Below, in pieces: positions 64,000 to 64,000 of a stretch of DNA of 64,000 nucleotides. A model generated the notes under the pieces. It was not told the origin of the DNA, did no database searches, and saw nothing but the letters and a program-made list of their open reading frames with translations. The DNA is from Candidatus Latescibacterota bacterium (GTDB taxonomy: Bacteria; Latescibacterota; UBA2968; UBA8231): NCBI GenBank assembly GCA_965242865.1, contig CBDETK010000013.1:5056001-5120000 (forward strand). The letters run 5' to 3'. Each line of letters begins with the position of its first letter. Position 1 is the stretch's first letter. The translations under genes and the position numbers were made by a program.

Positions 64000-64000
64000 G

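Noticed and set aside
1-64000. rRNA, tRNA, riboswitch or prophage genes
   Set aside because: None recognised by eye; an Infernal/tRNAscan run would be needed to exclude small RNAs, particularly in 33050-33750 and 55776-56520.

Overview
High-GC bacterial chromosomal window. The gene content suggests an FCB-group bacterium, probably Latescibacterota-like and possibly host (sponge) associated; this is inference from gene families only. 0.5-17.7 kb is a co-oriented cell-envelope locus: a parvulin PPIase, three paralogous secreted proteins with a TPN[GR]DxxND/FlgD-Ig C-terminal domain, two paralogous ~880-aa putative outer-membrane proteins, a membrane GT-C/TPR protein and a protein with a SWGRIK tail. 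A low-GC restriction-modification pair interrupts this locus. It is followed by PhyH, a sugar ABC transporter, a heterodimeric ABC exporter and catabolic enzymes. The accessory content is rich. A lipoprotein LRR-YWTD cassette is present twice with conserved ends, a variable propeller, a poly-G tract and 37-bp palindromic arrays. An ankyrin cluster is bracketed by two copies of a UDG-like gene. There is also an IS630 inside an aspartyl-protease gene, a matching 189-bp MITE, GmrSD, two DUF4143 ATPases and a decayed region at 60.7-63.7 kb. No rRNA, tRNA or CRISPR array was recognised. All calls come from motif reading by eye; no database searches were run.
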